Below, piece after piece: positions 9,576 to 18,831 of a stretch of DNA of 64,000 nucleotides. The position numbers were made by a program, and so were the translations under genes. This DNA is from a virus. Location: the IMG/VR virus record IMGVR_UViG_3300027608_000013. One strand, written 5' to 3'. Within the stretch, counting starts at the first letter, position 1. Each line of letters starts with the position of its first letter. The notes beneath the pieces are model-generated. The model was not told the DNA's origin. It saw only the letters and a program-made list of their open reading frames with translations, and made no database searches.

Positions 9576-10045
9576 GGATAAAACGATTAGCATTAGATAT
9601 TGCTGATGATCACATAAAAACAGGCAACTTATTACCACCTGTAATGATATGCATACTTAATGGAGCATACATGTTTTATACGGATTTACTTAGAAATATG
9701 CCAATAGATGTTCAATCAGATTTTATCCGATTAAAGTCATATCAAGGGCAAGACAATTCCGGCGGTATTGAAATATTAAAAGGTTTAGAAGTAGATCTTA
9801 AAGGTCGCAATGTTTATGTGATTGATGATATTTGTGATACTGGTACAACCATATTACAAGCATTACTTATGGTAAATGGACATCTCCCACACCAAGTAAA
9901 AGTGATTACTTTGACTCGAAGAGGTGGTGGAGTTGATCTAACTGATTTCTGCGGTTTTATTATTGGAGATGAATTTATTGCAGGATATGGGCTTGACAAC
10001 GACGGAGTAGGAAGAAATTTAGAAGATTTATATAAGGTTAATTAA
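9539..10045 (+). CDS. Hypoxanthine/guanine phosphoribosyltransferase-like protein
   Basis: 'ILNGAYMF..DL', PRPP-binding 'VIDDICDTGTT', 'FIAGYGLD...RNL'. Confidence 0.88.
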   Translation: MELIIKKEDIQLRIKRLALDIADDHIKTGNLLPPVMICILNGAYMFYTDLLRNMPIDVQSDFIRLKSYQGQDNSGGIEILKGLEVDLKGRNVYVIDDICDTGTTILQALLMVNGHLPHQVKVITLTRRGGGVDLTDFCGFIIGDEFIAGYGLDNDGVGRNLEDLYKVN

Positions 10046-12561
10046 TGGCATATCAAGCAATAGCATATGATAAAAAATCCGGCGTGATGCACGTTTGGGA
10101 TGATGAGTTAGGACATCAAAAGTTTCCTTTCAAACCATACGCATATTTACCTGACGACGCTGGCAAATATAAATCATTAGACGGAACACGATTAAAACGT
10201 GTAGACGGCAATCATAAAGATAATCCGACAGCATACGAATCAGATATCAATGAAGAAATGCGAACATTGATTGATTTATATTATGAATCAGATTTAGCAT
10301 CAAAAGGTCACCGAGATTTCTTTTTTGACATTGAAACAGAACGCGATGAAGATGGATATTCAACTCCAGAAGAAGCTCGAGCTAGAATTACATCTATTGC
10401 ATATTATGACAAAGCAGGACAAGATCGTCGAGTATTAGTATTAGATGAAGAACGCCGATTGAAAGAAACAGGATTCAAAGGTGATGGGTATGTAGTTGAA
10501 ATATTTGATTCTGAAGCAGGAATGCTAACCCGTTTTATTAATGCATTTGCAGAAATACAACCCACTGTAATTTCCGGTTGGAACACTGATAATTATGATA
10601 TCCCGTATCTTATTAACAGAATCAAAAAAATATTAGGTGCTCAAGCAATTAAGAAATTATCTCCGGCTGGAATTGTTGAATGGAGCCGAAGCAGAGAAAG
10701 ATACAAAATATTTGGAGTATCTAGTTTAGATTACTTAACGCTTTACAAGAAATTTACATATACAGAACTTCCTAATTACCGATTAGATACGGTTGCTAAA
10801 TTTGAATTAGGTCGAGGTAAGATTGAATATGATGGCGATTTGAATCATTTGTTTGCAACAGACATCAATAAGTTTGTTGAATATAATATGGTCGATGTTA
10901 ATTTGGTTTATGATTTAGATGATAAATTGCAATTAATACCATTAGCTCGTACAATTTGCCATAAAGGTCACGTTCCATATGAAGATGTATATTATGCATC
11001 AAAATATTTAGATGGTGCTGCTGTTGTTGATTTGAAACGCAACGGATTAGTTGCCCCAAACAAACGATTCCGATTTATTGAAGACGAAACTCAAGATACA
11101 TTAGCAGGTGCGTATGTGATGCCACCGATACCTGGATTATACAAATGGATATATGACTTAGATTTAACATCACTGTATCCTAGTATCATTATGAGTTTGA
11201 ATATTTCACCAGAAACTAAAATTGGTGTAATTAAAAATTGGGAGGAAGAATGCCTATTAACTAATAGTGCTACGCAAGTAACATTTATGGATGGGACATT
11301 TGTGCAAGATATAAAAACATGGTTACAAGATAATGCATATACAGTTGCAAGTAACGGAGCAGTATATCGCACCGATATCAGAGGATTCTTACCTACCATT
11401 CTAGAAAAATGGTTTGATGAACGAGTTGAATTTAAAGATAAGCGAGATGAATATGAAGTAGGTTCTGAAAATTATAAATTTTATGATGCATTGCAGTTAA
11501 CACAAAAAGTATTGCTTAATTCATTTTATGGAGTATTAGGACTTAAAACATTCCGTTTCCATGATATGGATAATGCGGGTGCCATTACAGCAACAGGCCA
11601 AAGCGTAATTAAATTTTCAGCAAAGGTTATTAACAATCATTATGCAAAAGAAATCGGCAAAGATCATTTTATTAATGCAACGGGTATGAAAGCAGAGTTT
11701 GCATTCTATACAGATACAGATTCAACCTTTTGTAGTAGTTTGCCATTGATACAAGCTCGGTATCCGGATTATGATGAAACTGATGAACAATTTATGATTG
11801 CTAGAACCAATGAGATTGCATCAGAAGTTCAAACAAAAGTTAATGCAATGTATGATCGTTATGCAGTTGTATTTCATAATACAGAAACACATCGTTGGCA
11901 AATTAAACAAGAATATATTGCAAAATCTGGTTTATGGATTGCAAAGAAACGATATACACAATGGGTTATTTTCAAAGAAGGGAAACCTACCGATAAACTT
12001 GATGTTAAAGGTTTAGATGTTGTTAGATCTAGTTTTCCAGAAGATTTCAAAAAAATAATGAAAGAGACACTTTGGCATATTCTTAAAGAACGCAATAAAA
12101 CAGATACCACTGATATGATTCATAAATTCAAATCCGGATTGAAAAATTCTGAAGTATTGAATGTAATGAAGAACTCCGGAGTAAAAGAAATATCAAAGTA
12201 TACAAAGAAAAGAAAACCATTTACAGGATATTTAACAGGTACGCCAGCTCACGTAAAAGCAGCAATCAATTTCAATGATTTATTGTCAATGCACGGAATA
12301 CGAGATACAACTCTTATTCAAAATGGAGAAAAAGTAAAATGGGCTTATTTAGCAGATAATCCATTTGGGTTTGATACAATGGCATTGCGAGGATATCAAG
12401 ATCCACCTCAAATTGTAGAATTTGTCGCTCAATACATTGATAGGAATAAAATCTTTCAAAGAGAACTTCAAAATAAACTTGATGATTTTTATGCAGCAAT
12501 GAATTGGGGCAAGTTCCCGGAAAATAATAATGCAAATAAATTTTTTACATTTGGAAAATAA
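10045..12561 (+). CDS. Family B DNA polymerase
   Basis: Exo motifs FDIET, GWN..YDIPY, YNMVD; pol motifs DLTSLYPS, K..LNSFYG, YTDTDS, KKRY. Confidence 0.96.
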   Translation: MAYQAIAYDKKSGVMHVWDDELGHQKFPFKPYAYLPDDAGKYKSLDGTRLKRVDGNHKDNPTAYESDINEEMRTLIDLYYESDLASKGHRDFFFDIETERDEDGYSTPEEARARITSIAYYDKAGQDRRVLVLDEERRLKETGFKGDGYVVEIFDSEAGMLTRFINAFAEIQPTVISGWNTDNYDIPYLINRIKKILGAQAIKKLSPAGIVEWSRSRERYKIFGVSSLDYLTLYKKFTYTELPNYRLDTVAKFELGRGKIEYDGDLNHLFATDINKFVEYNMVDVNLVYDLDDKLQLIPLARTICHKGHVPYEDVYYASKYLDGAAVVDLKRNGLVAPNKRFRFIEDETQDTLAGAYVMPPIPGLYKWIYDLDLTSLYPSIIMSLNISPETKIGVIKNWEEECLLTNSATQVTFMDGTFVQDIKTWLQDNAYTVASNGAVYRTDIRGFLPTILEKWFDERVEFKDKRDEYEVGSENYKFYDALQLTQKVLLNSFYGVLGLKTFRFHDMDNAGAITATGQSVIKFSAKVINNHYAKEIGKDHFINATGMKAEFAFYTDTDSTFCSSLPLIQARYPDYDETDEQFMIARTNEIASEVQTKVNAMYDRYAVVFHNTETHRWQIKQEYIAKSGLWIAKKRYTQWVIFKEGKPTDKLDVKGLDVVRSSFPEDFKKIMKETLWHILKERNKTDTTDMIHKFKSGLKNSEVLNVMKNSGVKEISKYTKKRKPFTGYLTGTPAHVKAAINFNDLLSMHGIRDTTLIQNGEKVKWAYLADNPFGFDTMALRGYQDPPQIVEFVAQYIDRNKIFQRELQNKLDDFYAAMNWGKFPENNNANKFFTFGK

Positions 12562-12579
12562 GAATAAATTTTATATAAT
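12551..12579 (+). promoter_or_regulatory. Putative promoter TTGGAA-N17-TATAAT heading the dpdL/GT/dpdA operon
   Basis: Exact sigma70-like spacing; ATG starts 5 nt after the -10 box. Confidence 0.65.
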
Positions 12580-12584
12580 AAGTT

Positions 12585-13007
12585 ATGATTGGTTATAGAA
12601 CACATTGGTATGGTAAAGAGGTTGAAGGTCGATTTACGGATATCGAAACCCTATTTATTTCGGATATAAAATCATTACAGGAAAAGTTAGAAGTTCCCGC
12701 ACATGTTTATTTTTGTAGTCCAGCAACAGCACAATTGATTAAACAAGATGATTGGAAAAGTATGTTTGATTTAATTTCAGACAATACATTTGTTACAATT
12801 GAAGCAACACCTGGAATGGTAGAACAAATACCACCCATGATTAGAATTCGAACACACATCTTGTTAATGTTGAATTGTACGGATGCTGCCTTGTTAAAAA
12901 AGACAGATAGTATTAAAGTTGTATATGCAGATTATTCTTTATATTGTACCACAGTACATAATATGCAACAAGTTACCCCAGATGATTATAAATTTGATAG
13001 ACAATGA
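12585..13007 (+). CDS. Hypothetical protein, first gene of the deazaguanine-modification operon
   Basis: ORF coupled (ATGA) to the dpdL-like gene; no recognisable family. Confidence 0.6.
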   Translation: MIGYRTHWYGKEVEGRFTDIETLFISDIKSLQEKLEVPAHVYFCSPATAQLIKQDDWKSMFDLISDNTFVTIEATPGMVEQIPPMIRIRTHILLMLNCTDAALLKKTDSIKVVYADYSLYCTTVHNMQQVTPDDYKFDRQ

Positions 13008-13354
13008 AATATAGCGTAGTAGTAACATTTAGCATTGAAGGATTCCATTGTTGGCCTGATGCTAAAGAAATATTTCCAGAAATGGCATTCTTATCAGATA
13101 GGCATCGTCATATGTTTGGATTTCGATGTTATGCAACAGTAACACATACAGATAGAGATGAAGAATTTATTTTGTTAAACAGAAAGATACAAAAAGCTCT
13201 TCGTATAGCATTCATTAAGGCACAACCAAATATTTTAGAATTTGGATCAATGTCCTGTGAAATGATTGGCGAATGGTTATTAAATGAATTTTCTGCTTTA
13301 TATAAAGTAGAAGTTTGGGAAGATTGGGAAAATGGTGCATGCATAGAAAGATAA
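13004..13354 (+). CDS. QueD-paralog T-fold protein, DpdL-like (putative CDG decarboxylase)
   Basis: 'EGFHCWP..FLSDRHRHMF..SCEMI..VWEDWENG' with an LxxxHRHxF signature; located next to dpdA. Confidence 0.72.
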   Translation: MKYSVVVTFSIEGFHCWPDAKEIFPEMAFLSDRHRHMFGFRCYATVTHTDRDEEFILLNRKIQKALRIAFIKAQPNILEFGSMSCEMIGEWLLNEFSALYKVEVWEDWENGACIER

Positions 13355-13355
13355 T

Positions 13356-14387
13356 ATGAAGATATTTTTAGTAGATTTAGAATCAGTTCCAACACGATAT
13401 ACTTGTGAATGGAAATGGCACGTTCCGGCATTGCTTCGAGATAATGGATTTGACGTAGAAGTAATTGAAGGTGATTTAAGTATTCCAACAGCAACAACAC
13501 CAGGTGCCTTTTTGAACTTTGGCGGTACTAACATGTACAAGGCTACTCAAACACATCGTTTGGCAGAATTATTCACACGCGGTGAAATTAAAGAAGGAGA
13601 CCAGATTGTATTTACCGATGCTTGGCACCCGGGTATTATCAATGTTAAATACATGAGTGAACTCCTAAATATTTCCATTGTAACGCACGGACTTTGGCAC
13701 GCGGGTTCATATGATCCAAATGATTTTTTAGGTCGACTCGTAGGAGATAAACCATGGGTAAGACACGCTGAGCAAGCCTTTATTGGAGCATTTACACACA
13801 ATTGGTTAGCAACTCAAGCACATTTTCAATTAATGAAAGAAACTTATGACATTATGCATGACAGTTCTTTTGATAGAACAGGTTGGCCTATGGAATATAC
13901 CGAATCAATGATTGCTCCGAAGCTTTGGGCTAAGAAAGAAAATATCATTGTATTTCCACATCGAATAGCTCCAGAAAAGCGGTTAGATTTGTTTCAAGAA
14001 TTAGCTTCTAGGCCGGAGTTAAAACATTATCAATTTTGTGTTGCAATGGAAATGAATTTGACTAAAATAGAATATCACGAATTGCTTCAACGAGCTAAAT
14101 TTGCCGTCTCATTTGCAGATCAAGAAACATTGGGAATATCAATGTATGAATCAGCTTGTGCAGGAGCATGTCCAATTGTACCAAATAGATTATCATATAC
14201 GGAGATGTATGAACCAATGTTTAAACGAGCTGATTCAGTTGATTCAGCAGTAACGGCAATATTAGAATACGAACACGAAGAATTATCTGAAAATATAGCA
14301 CAATTGGTTGCAAAATTGCACAATAACTTTTTTTCAGCAACAAGATTAATTAATAAACTAAAGGAATACAATGAGCGAACAAAATAA
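13356..14387 (+). CDS. GT-B fold glycosyltransferase embedded in the deazaguanine operon
   Basis: 'FPHRIAPEK', 'QETLGISMYESACAGACPIVPNRLSY.E' GT4-like E-x7-E motif. Confidence 0.8.
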   Translation: MKIFLVDLESVPTRYTCEWKWHVPALLRDNGFDVEVIEGDLSIPTATTPGAFLNFGGTNMYKATQTHRLAELFTRGEIKEGDQIVFTDAWHPGIINVKYMSELLNISIVTHGLWHAGSYDPNDFLGRLVGDKPWVRHAEQAFIGAFTHNWLATQAHFQLMKETYDIMHDSSFDRTGWPMEYTESMIAPKLWAKKENIIVFPHRIAPEKRLDLFQELASRPELKHYQFCVAMEMNLTKIEYHELLQRAKFAVSFADQETLGISMYESACAGACPIVPNRLSYTEMYEPMFKRADSVDSAVTAILEYEHEELSENIAQLVAKLHNNFFSATRLINKLKEYNERTK

Positions 14388-15633
14388 AAGATTCATATAC
14401 TTTCCATCTTTATCTGCGGGATCAATGGTCTCTGCATTTAAAAAGGATATGAAGTTTGATAATGGCGATCCAGTAAAATTCTATGATTCACGCTATCCTA
14501 AAGATTGGAGACATCCATACTTTTTGATTACAGCAGGACATCATTACAAGAAAATGGATTTTCGAGATCAAATAGGATTAGAAAAAGATGTGTTAGTATT
14601 TGGAGATTCAGGCGGATACCAAATTGCAACAGGAGCATTGCCATATAGCAATGAATTGCGAGAAAAAATATTTCATTGGTTAGAAGCTAATAGTGATGTT
14701 GCAGCAAATTTAGATATTCCACCTAAAACAAAATATAAAAATAAATTTGCTGAATGTGCAGACATTAGTTATGACAATTTTGCTTATTTTGAAAAACATC
14801 AAAGTGGCAAGACAAAATATCTTAACATGTTGCAAGGATCTAACACTGATGAATATACATGGTGGTATCACAAATTTAAGCATTTTGATTTTCAAGGATG
14901 GGCAATCGGAGGTCCGCAAAAATTAGTAGACTTTATGTTTGCTGTTTCATTAATGCTTAAAGAAAAAACATTTGAAAATCCTAAATTAGAATATTTGCAT
15001 TTATTGGGTATTAGTAAAATATCTGACTTTTTTATTCTAGCAACTCTACAAAAGTTAATGAATAAAAATTATGGCAATAGAATCTATGTAACAACGGATT
15101 CATCTTCTCCGGGACAATATCCAGTATATGGAACATATCTTCATTCTGCAAATTACAAAACACAAACCTTTTCGGAATTGTATTTTCCTAAAAATGCTGA
15201 ATATAGAAGACAAGCACATATCCGACAAGGAAAAACCGGAGATGTTGGTGTAGATTTAACAAAACATGTACCATGTGCATTACATTGCCCCGGATGCGCT
15301 GATTTTACATATGAATTATTAGGCGGTAAAACGGCAGCTGGATTAGATAGATATTCACAAGAAGCTATGCCAAGAATGGTTGTTCACAATGTGCATTTGT
15401 ATGTGCAATGTGCAGACGAAATCAATCAATTAGTAGACAGCCATGTAGAATTGTTAGAAACAGTTGTTCCTCGCGATTTATATGATGTTATCTTGTCATT
15501 GCATGAAATGTTTGCAGATCCAGATGCAGCACCTCAAGTATATGAAAAATATATTAAAACATACAAAAAGTTTGGCGGAAGTAGCATATCAACTACTGAT
15601 GCTGAAAATTTCAATAGATTCTTTAAATTTTAA
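14371..15633 (+). CDS. dpdA: TGT-like transglycosylase (DpdA family)
   Basis: 'GDSGGYQ', 'NLDIPP', 'LQG', 'GWAIGG', 'LHLLG', 'TDSSS', C-x3-C-x2-C and 'HN' Zn ligands of the TGT fold. Confidence 0.82.
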   Translation: MSEQNKRFIYFPSLSAGSMVSAFKKDMKFDNGDPVKFYDSRYPKDWRHPYFLITAGHHYKKMDFRDQIGLEKDVLVFGDSGGYQIATGALPYSNELREKIFHWLEANSDVAANLDIPPKTKYKNKFAECADISYDNFAYFEKHQSGKTKYLNMLQGSNTDEYTWWYHKFKHFDFQGWAIGGPQKLVDFMFAVSLMLKEKTFENPKLEYLHLLGISKISDFFILATLQKLMNKNYGNRIYVTTDSSSPGQYPVYGTYLHSANYKTQTFSELYFPKNAEYRRQAHIRQGKTGDVGVDLTKHVPCALHCPGCADFTYELLGGKTAAGLDRYSQEAMPRMVVHNVHLYVQCADEINQLVDSHVELLETVVPRDLYDVILSLHEMFADPDAAPQVYEKYIKTYKKFGGSSISTTDAENFNRFFKF

Positions 15634-15647
15634 AAAACAGGTTATAA

Positions 15648-16358
15648 ATGGAAAAAAGTAAATTACAATCATTTATCAGTAGATATTATCTGGCTGGTAA
15701 TTGTGAAGCAGTTAAATTAAACGAAAACGACAAAGGTGTTAGTTGCGAATTAATTGATATGGATCAAACAGTAGTAGGAAAGATTCAATGGAATACTACC
15801 CCGTTCATGAAAGGTGAATTAGGAATCAACCATACGGGCGCATTGATAAAAATGCTAGGAGCTGTAGGTGAAAATATCAATATTGATGTAAAAGATGCAG
15901 CGGGAAAGAATTATGCAATGACAATTTCCGAAGGAAGCACAAAGGCAACTTTTATGTTAGCAGATACCACAGTTATTCCGGCAGTGCCAACAATTAATGC
16001 AGAACCTGATTATCTAATACAAATTCCAGTAAATGATGAATTCATTAGCAAATTTATCAAAGCAAAGAATGCATTGCCAGATGCAAAGAACTTTGCGGTG
16101 CAAGTACAAGGTGGAATTATTAAATTTATTATTAACTATACCACAGTTAATTCAGATAATATTTCTTTTGAAGTAGGTAAAACATCAAATGCAGATATGG
16201 AACCGGTTTGTTTCTCGGCAGATAAATTACGAGAAGTACTTATTTCAAATAAAGGCGATGCGGGTCAATTACATATTTCACCAGATGGTTTAGCTCGTAT
16301 TGATTTTGTTGGTAGTGATTTTGAATCTAGCTATTGGTTGGTAATGTTACAGAATTAA
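15648..16358 (+). CDS. Putative DNA sliding clamp
   Basis: About 236 aa two-domain beta-rich protein near clamp loader genes; C-terminal 'GLARIDF..SSYWLV' is PCNA/gp45-like. Confidence 0.6.
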   Translation: MEKSKLQSFISRYYLAGNCEAVKLNENDKGVSCELIDMDQTVVGKIQWNTTPFMKGELGINHTGALIKMLGAVGENINIDVKDAAGKNYAMTISEGSTKATFMLADTTVIPAVPTINAEPDYLIQIPVNDEFISKFIKAKNALPDAKNFAVQVQGGIIKFIINYTTVNSDNISFEVGKTSNADMEPVCFSADKLREVLISNKGDAGQLHISPDGLARIDFVGSDFESSYWLVMLQN

Positions 16359-16361
16359 GAT

Positions 16362-16790
16362 ATGCAAGTAAAAATAAAAAAATTACATGTAGATGCAGTT
16401 ATCCCGGCATATGGTAAGCCGGGAGATGCTGGAATGGATTTAACAGCAGTATCCGCAATCCTAGATGAATATGGAAATGTTGTTTATGGTATTGGATTGG
16501 CAATTGAAATTCCCGAAGGTCATGTAGGATTACTTTTTCCTAGATCATCAAATAGCAAAACAGACTTATACCTAACAAATCATGTAGGTGTTGTTGATTC
16601 TGGATATCGAGGTGAAATTATGTTTAAGTTTCGCCCCATTGATGGATTATTGAATGCTAAAGTTTTTCACAAAGGCGATCGAGTAGGACAATTAATAATA
16701 ATACCATATCCGCAAGTAACGTTAATAGAATCTGAAGAATTATCTGATTCAGAAAGAGGTGAAGGCGGATTTGGATCAACCGGAAAATAA
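16362..16790 (+). CDS. dut: Trimeric dUTPase
   Basis: 'AGMDL', 'PRSS', 'GVVDSGYRGE', 'RGEGGFGSTG'. Confidence 0.96.
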   Translation: MQVKIKKLHVDAVIPAYGKPGDAGMDLTAVSAILDEYGNVVYGIGLAIEIPEGHVGLLFPRSSNSKTDLYLTNHVGVVDSGYRGEIMFKFRPIDGLLNAKVFHKGDRVGQLIIIPYPQVTLIESEELSDSERGEGGFGSTGK

Positions 16791-16796
16791 TAAAAT

Positions 16797-17723
16797 ATGT
16801 TTGGAAAACAAGAAAATACACTTTGGGTTGAATCATTTCGACCTGACACATTAGAAGGATACATAGGAAATGAACACATTATTGAAAAAGTTAAAATATT
16901 CATTGCTAATGGTGATGTTCCACATCTATTATTTTATGGATCAGCTGGGACAGGTAAAACGACGTTGGCGAAAATAATTGCAAATAGCGTTGATGCCGAT
17001 TTAATGTATATTAATGCATCTGATGAAAACTCCGTTGATGCAGTTCGAGATAAGATTAAGCGTTATGCATCAACTGTTGGATTTAAGCGTTGGAAAATTA
17101 TCATTTTAGATGAAGCTGATTATTTAACGCCAAATGCCCAAGCAGCACTTCGCAATTTAATGGAAACATATAGCAAAACAACCAGATTCATATTAACATG
17201 TAATTATGTTGAAAAGATTATAGATCCAATTCAATCACGTTGTCAGACATTTGCAATAACTCCTCCAAATAAAACGGATGTGGCAAAGAGATTGGTAGCA
17301 GTACTTGAAGAAAAGGATGTTCAATATGATATCAAAGATATTGCTGCAATTATCAATGCATCATATCCAGATATCCGTAGAGCACTCAATGCAGCACAAG
17401 CATCTGTAGTTAATGGTAAATTGCAACTAGACAAAGCAAGTGCAATTCAAGCAAATTACATGTCCGAAGTGTTAGAAATGTTAAAATCGGCAAAAGATAA
17501 AAAATCTGCATTTACAAAGATTAGACAATGTATTGCTGATAGTAAAGTAAAAGATTTTACGCCATTGTATACATTCTTATATGACAATTTAGATGAATTT
17601 GCACATGGCCACATTGCACCATGCATTTTAATCATAGCAGAATCACAATTTAAAGATGCAAGTGTAGTAGATAAAGAAATCAACATAATGGCAATGTTTG
17701 TCAATTTATTAGGAGAAATATGA
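16797..17723 (+). CDS. Clamp loader AAA+ subunit (RFC small / T4 gp44-like)
   Basis: 'WVESFRP', GSAGTGKT, 'INASDE', 'LDEAD', 'IQSRC'. Confidence 0.93.
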   Translation: MFGKQENTLWVESFRPDTLEGYIGNEHIIEKVKIFIANGDVPHLLFYGSAGTGKTTLAKIIANSVDADLMYINASDENSVDAVRDKIKRYASTVGFKRWKIIILDEADYLTPNAQAALRNLMETYSKTTRFILTCNYVEKIIDPIQSRCQTFAITPPNKTDVAKRLVAVLEEKDVQYDIKDIAAIINASYPDIRRALNAAQASVVNGKLQLDKASAIQANYMSEVLEMLKSAKDKKSAFTKIRQCIADSKVKDFTPLYTFLYDNLDEFAHGHIAPCILIIAESQFKDASVVDKEINIMAMFVNLLGEI

Positions 17724-17935
17724 GTAAACCACAAATCAAACCAACAGATATGCAACCTATCATTTGTACAGAATGCGATGGGATGTATTTTCGTCAAGTA
17801 ATGGCAATTAACAAAGTATCAAAATTTTTAACGGGTGCAGACAAAGACACAATGGTACCAATTCCGGTATTTCGTTGTGATGATTGCGGAGCAATACCAG
17901 CAGAGTTCCAACCAGTTAAAGTGAAAACTAAATAA
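17720..17935 (+). CDS. Zn-ribbon protein
   Basis: CTEC...CDDC. Confidence 0.6.
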   Translation: MSKPQIKPTDMQPIICTECDGMYFRQVMAINKVSKFLTGADKDTMVPIPVFRCDDCGAIPAEFQPVKVKTK

Positions 17936-18150
17936 TGTCAATACCATATCATAAAGATACGATTAGCATTGTGTTCAAGACATCAAATCGAAGCAATGCA
18001 AAGACAAAAATAAAAACGTTTCGCAATAAATCAATTGATGATATTGTTGATGCTAAGCGTATCATAGGTATTCCGGATAATGCAGTGATATTAGAAATAG
18101 GAATGGGTAAACAGTTAGAGGAACAATATCGTAAAAAATATAAATTATAA
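17935..18150 (+). CDS. Hypothetical protein
   Basis: Coupled ORF. Confidence 0.55.
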   Translation: MSIPYHKDTISIVFKTSNRSNAKTKIKTFRNKSIDDIVDAKRIIGIPDNAVILEIGMGKQLEEQYRKKYKL

Positions 18151-18153
18151 TAA

Positions 18154-18603
18154 ATGGCAGACGAAAAGAAAGGTGCAACAATTTTTGATTTCATTGACGG
18201 ATTAACACACAAAAAGAAAGAATGGTCGAAATGGTCTGAAACGGATCAAAAGAAATTTTCAGTGTTCATTGTTAATCGTTGGTTGAGTATGAGAATGGAG
18301 TTTACGGAACTAGTTAATGAATTTCAAACATACACAATAGGATTACTTCGACCGCAAGAAACATATAGATTGTATCATGAATTTTTACCTGCATCCAAAG
18401 GATTTGCAAAATACATAAAAGGTAAATCTGAGGATAAGTATGAAAAGGAGTTAGTCGCACAAATTGCAGAACATTATCAAGTTGCCAAATCAGAAGCTGC
18501 CGATTACATAGATTTAATGGATAAGATGCAATGTGAACGCATATTGACCATGTATGGATATAGTGAAGGCGACAAAAAGAAACTATTGAAAGGAATACGA
18601 TGA
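18154..18603 (+). CDS. Putative clamp loader small subunit (T4 gp62-like)
   Basis: 'FDFID', 'FIVNRWLSM', 'LVNE', 'YIK..E', 'HYQVAKSEAADY' pattern near gp44-like gene. Confidence 0.6.
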   Translation: MADEKKGATIFDFIDGLTHKKKEWSKWSETDQKKFSVFIVNRWLSMRMEFTELVNEFQTYTIGLLRPQETYRLYHEFLPASKGFAKYIKGKSEDKYEKELVAQIAEHYQVAKSEAADYIDLMDKMQCERILTMYGYSEGDKKKLLKGIR

Positions 18604-18815
18604 GTGTACATACCCAATCACATTACAAAGGCAAAGACAGTCTTTATAAATTTGCAGAAGAGTGGAACTTGAATAGCTATGAATTTGATATCATTAAACG
18701 CATTGTAAGATGCCGGCATAAAGGTTCATTTCACCAAGATTTAGTTAAGACCAAAGATTTAATTGATATTTATCTTCGCGAACAAGAACATAAATATTTG
18801 GATATTACTGAGTAA
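18600..18815 (+). CDS. DUF3310-like small protein
   Basis: 'SHY..IIKRIVRCRHKG..QDLVK'. Confidence 0.55.
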   Translation: MSVHTQSHYKGKDSLYKFAEEWNLNSYEFDIIKRIVRCRHKGSFHQDLVKTKDLIDIYLREQEHKYLDITE

Positions 18816-18826
18816 TTTCATATAAT
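18798..18826 (+). promoter_or_regulatory. Putative promoter TTGGAT-N17-TATAAT
   Basis: Differs by one base from the copy at 51144-51172; ATG 5 nt downstream. Confidence 0.7.
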
Positions 18827-18831
18827 AAGTT

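Noticed and set aside
1976-12561. Inteins or introns in dnaB, nrdJ or polB
   Set aside because: Protein lengths are normal, motifs are contiguous, and no intein splice-junction blocks are visible.
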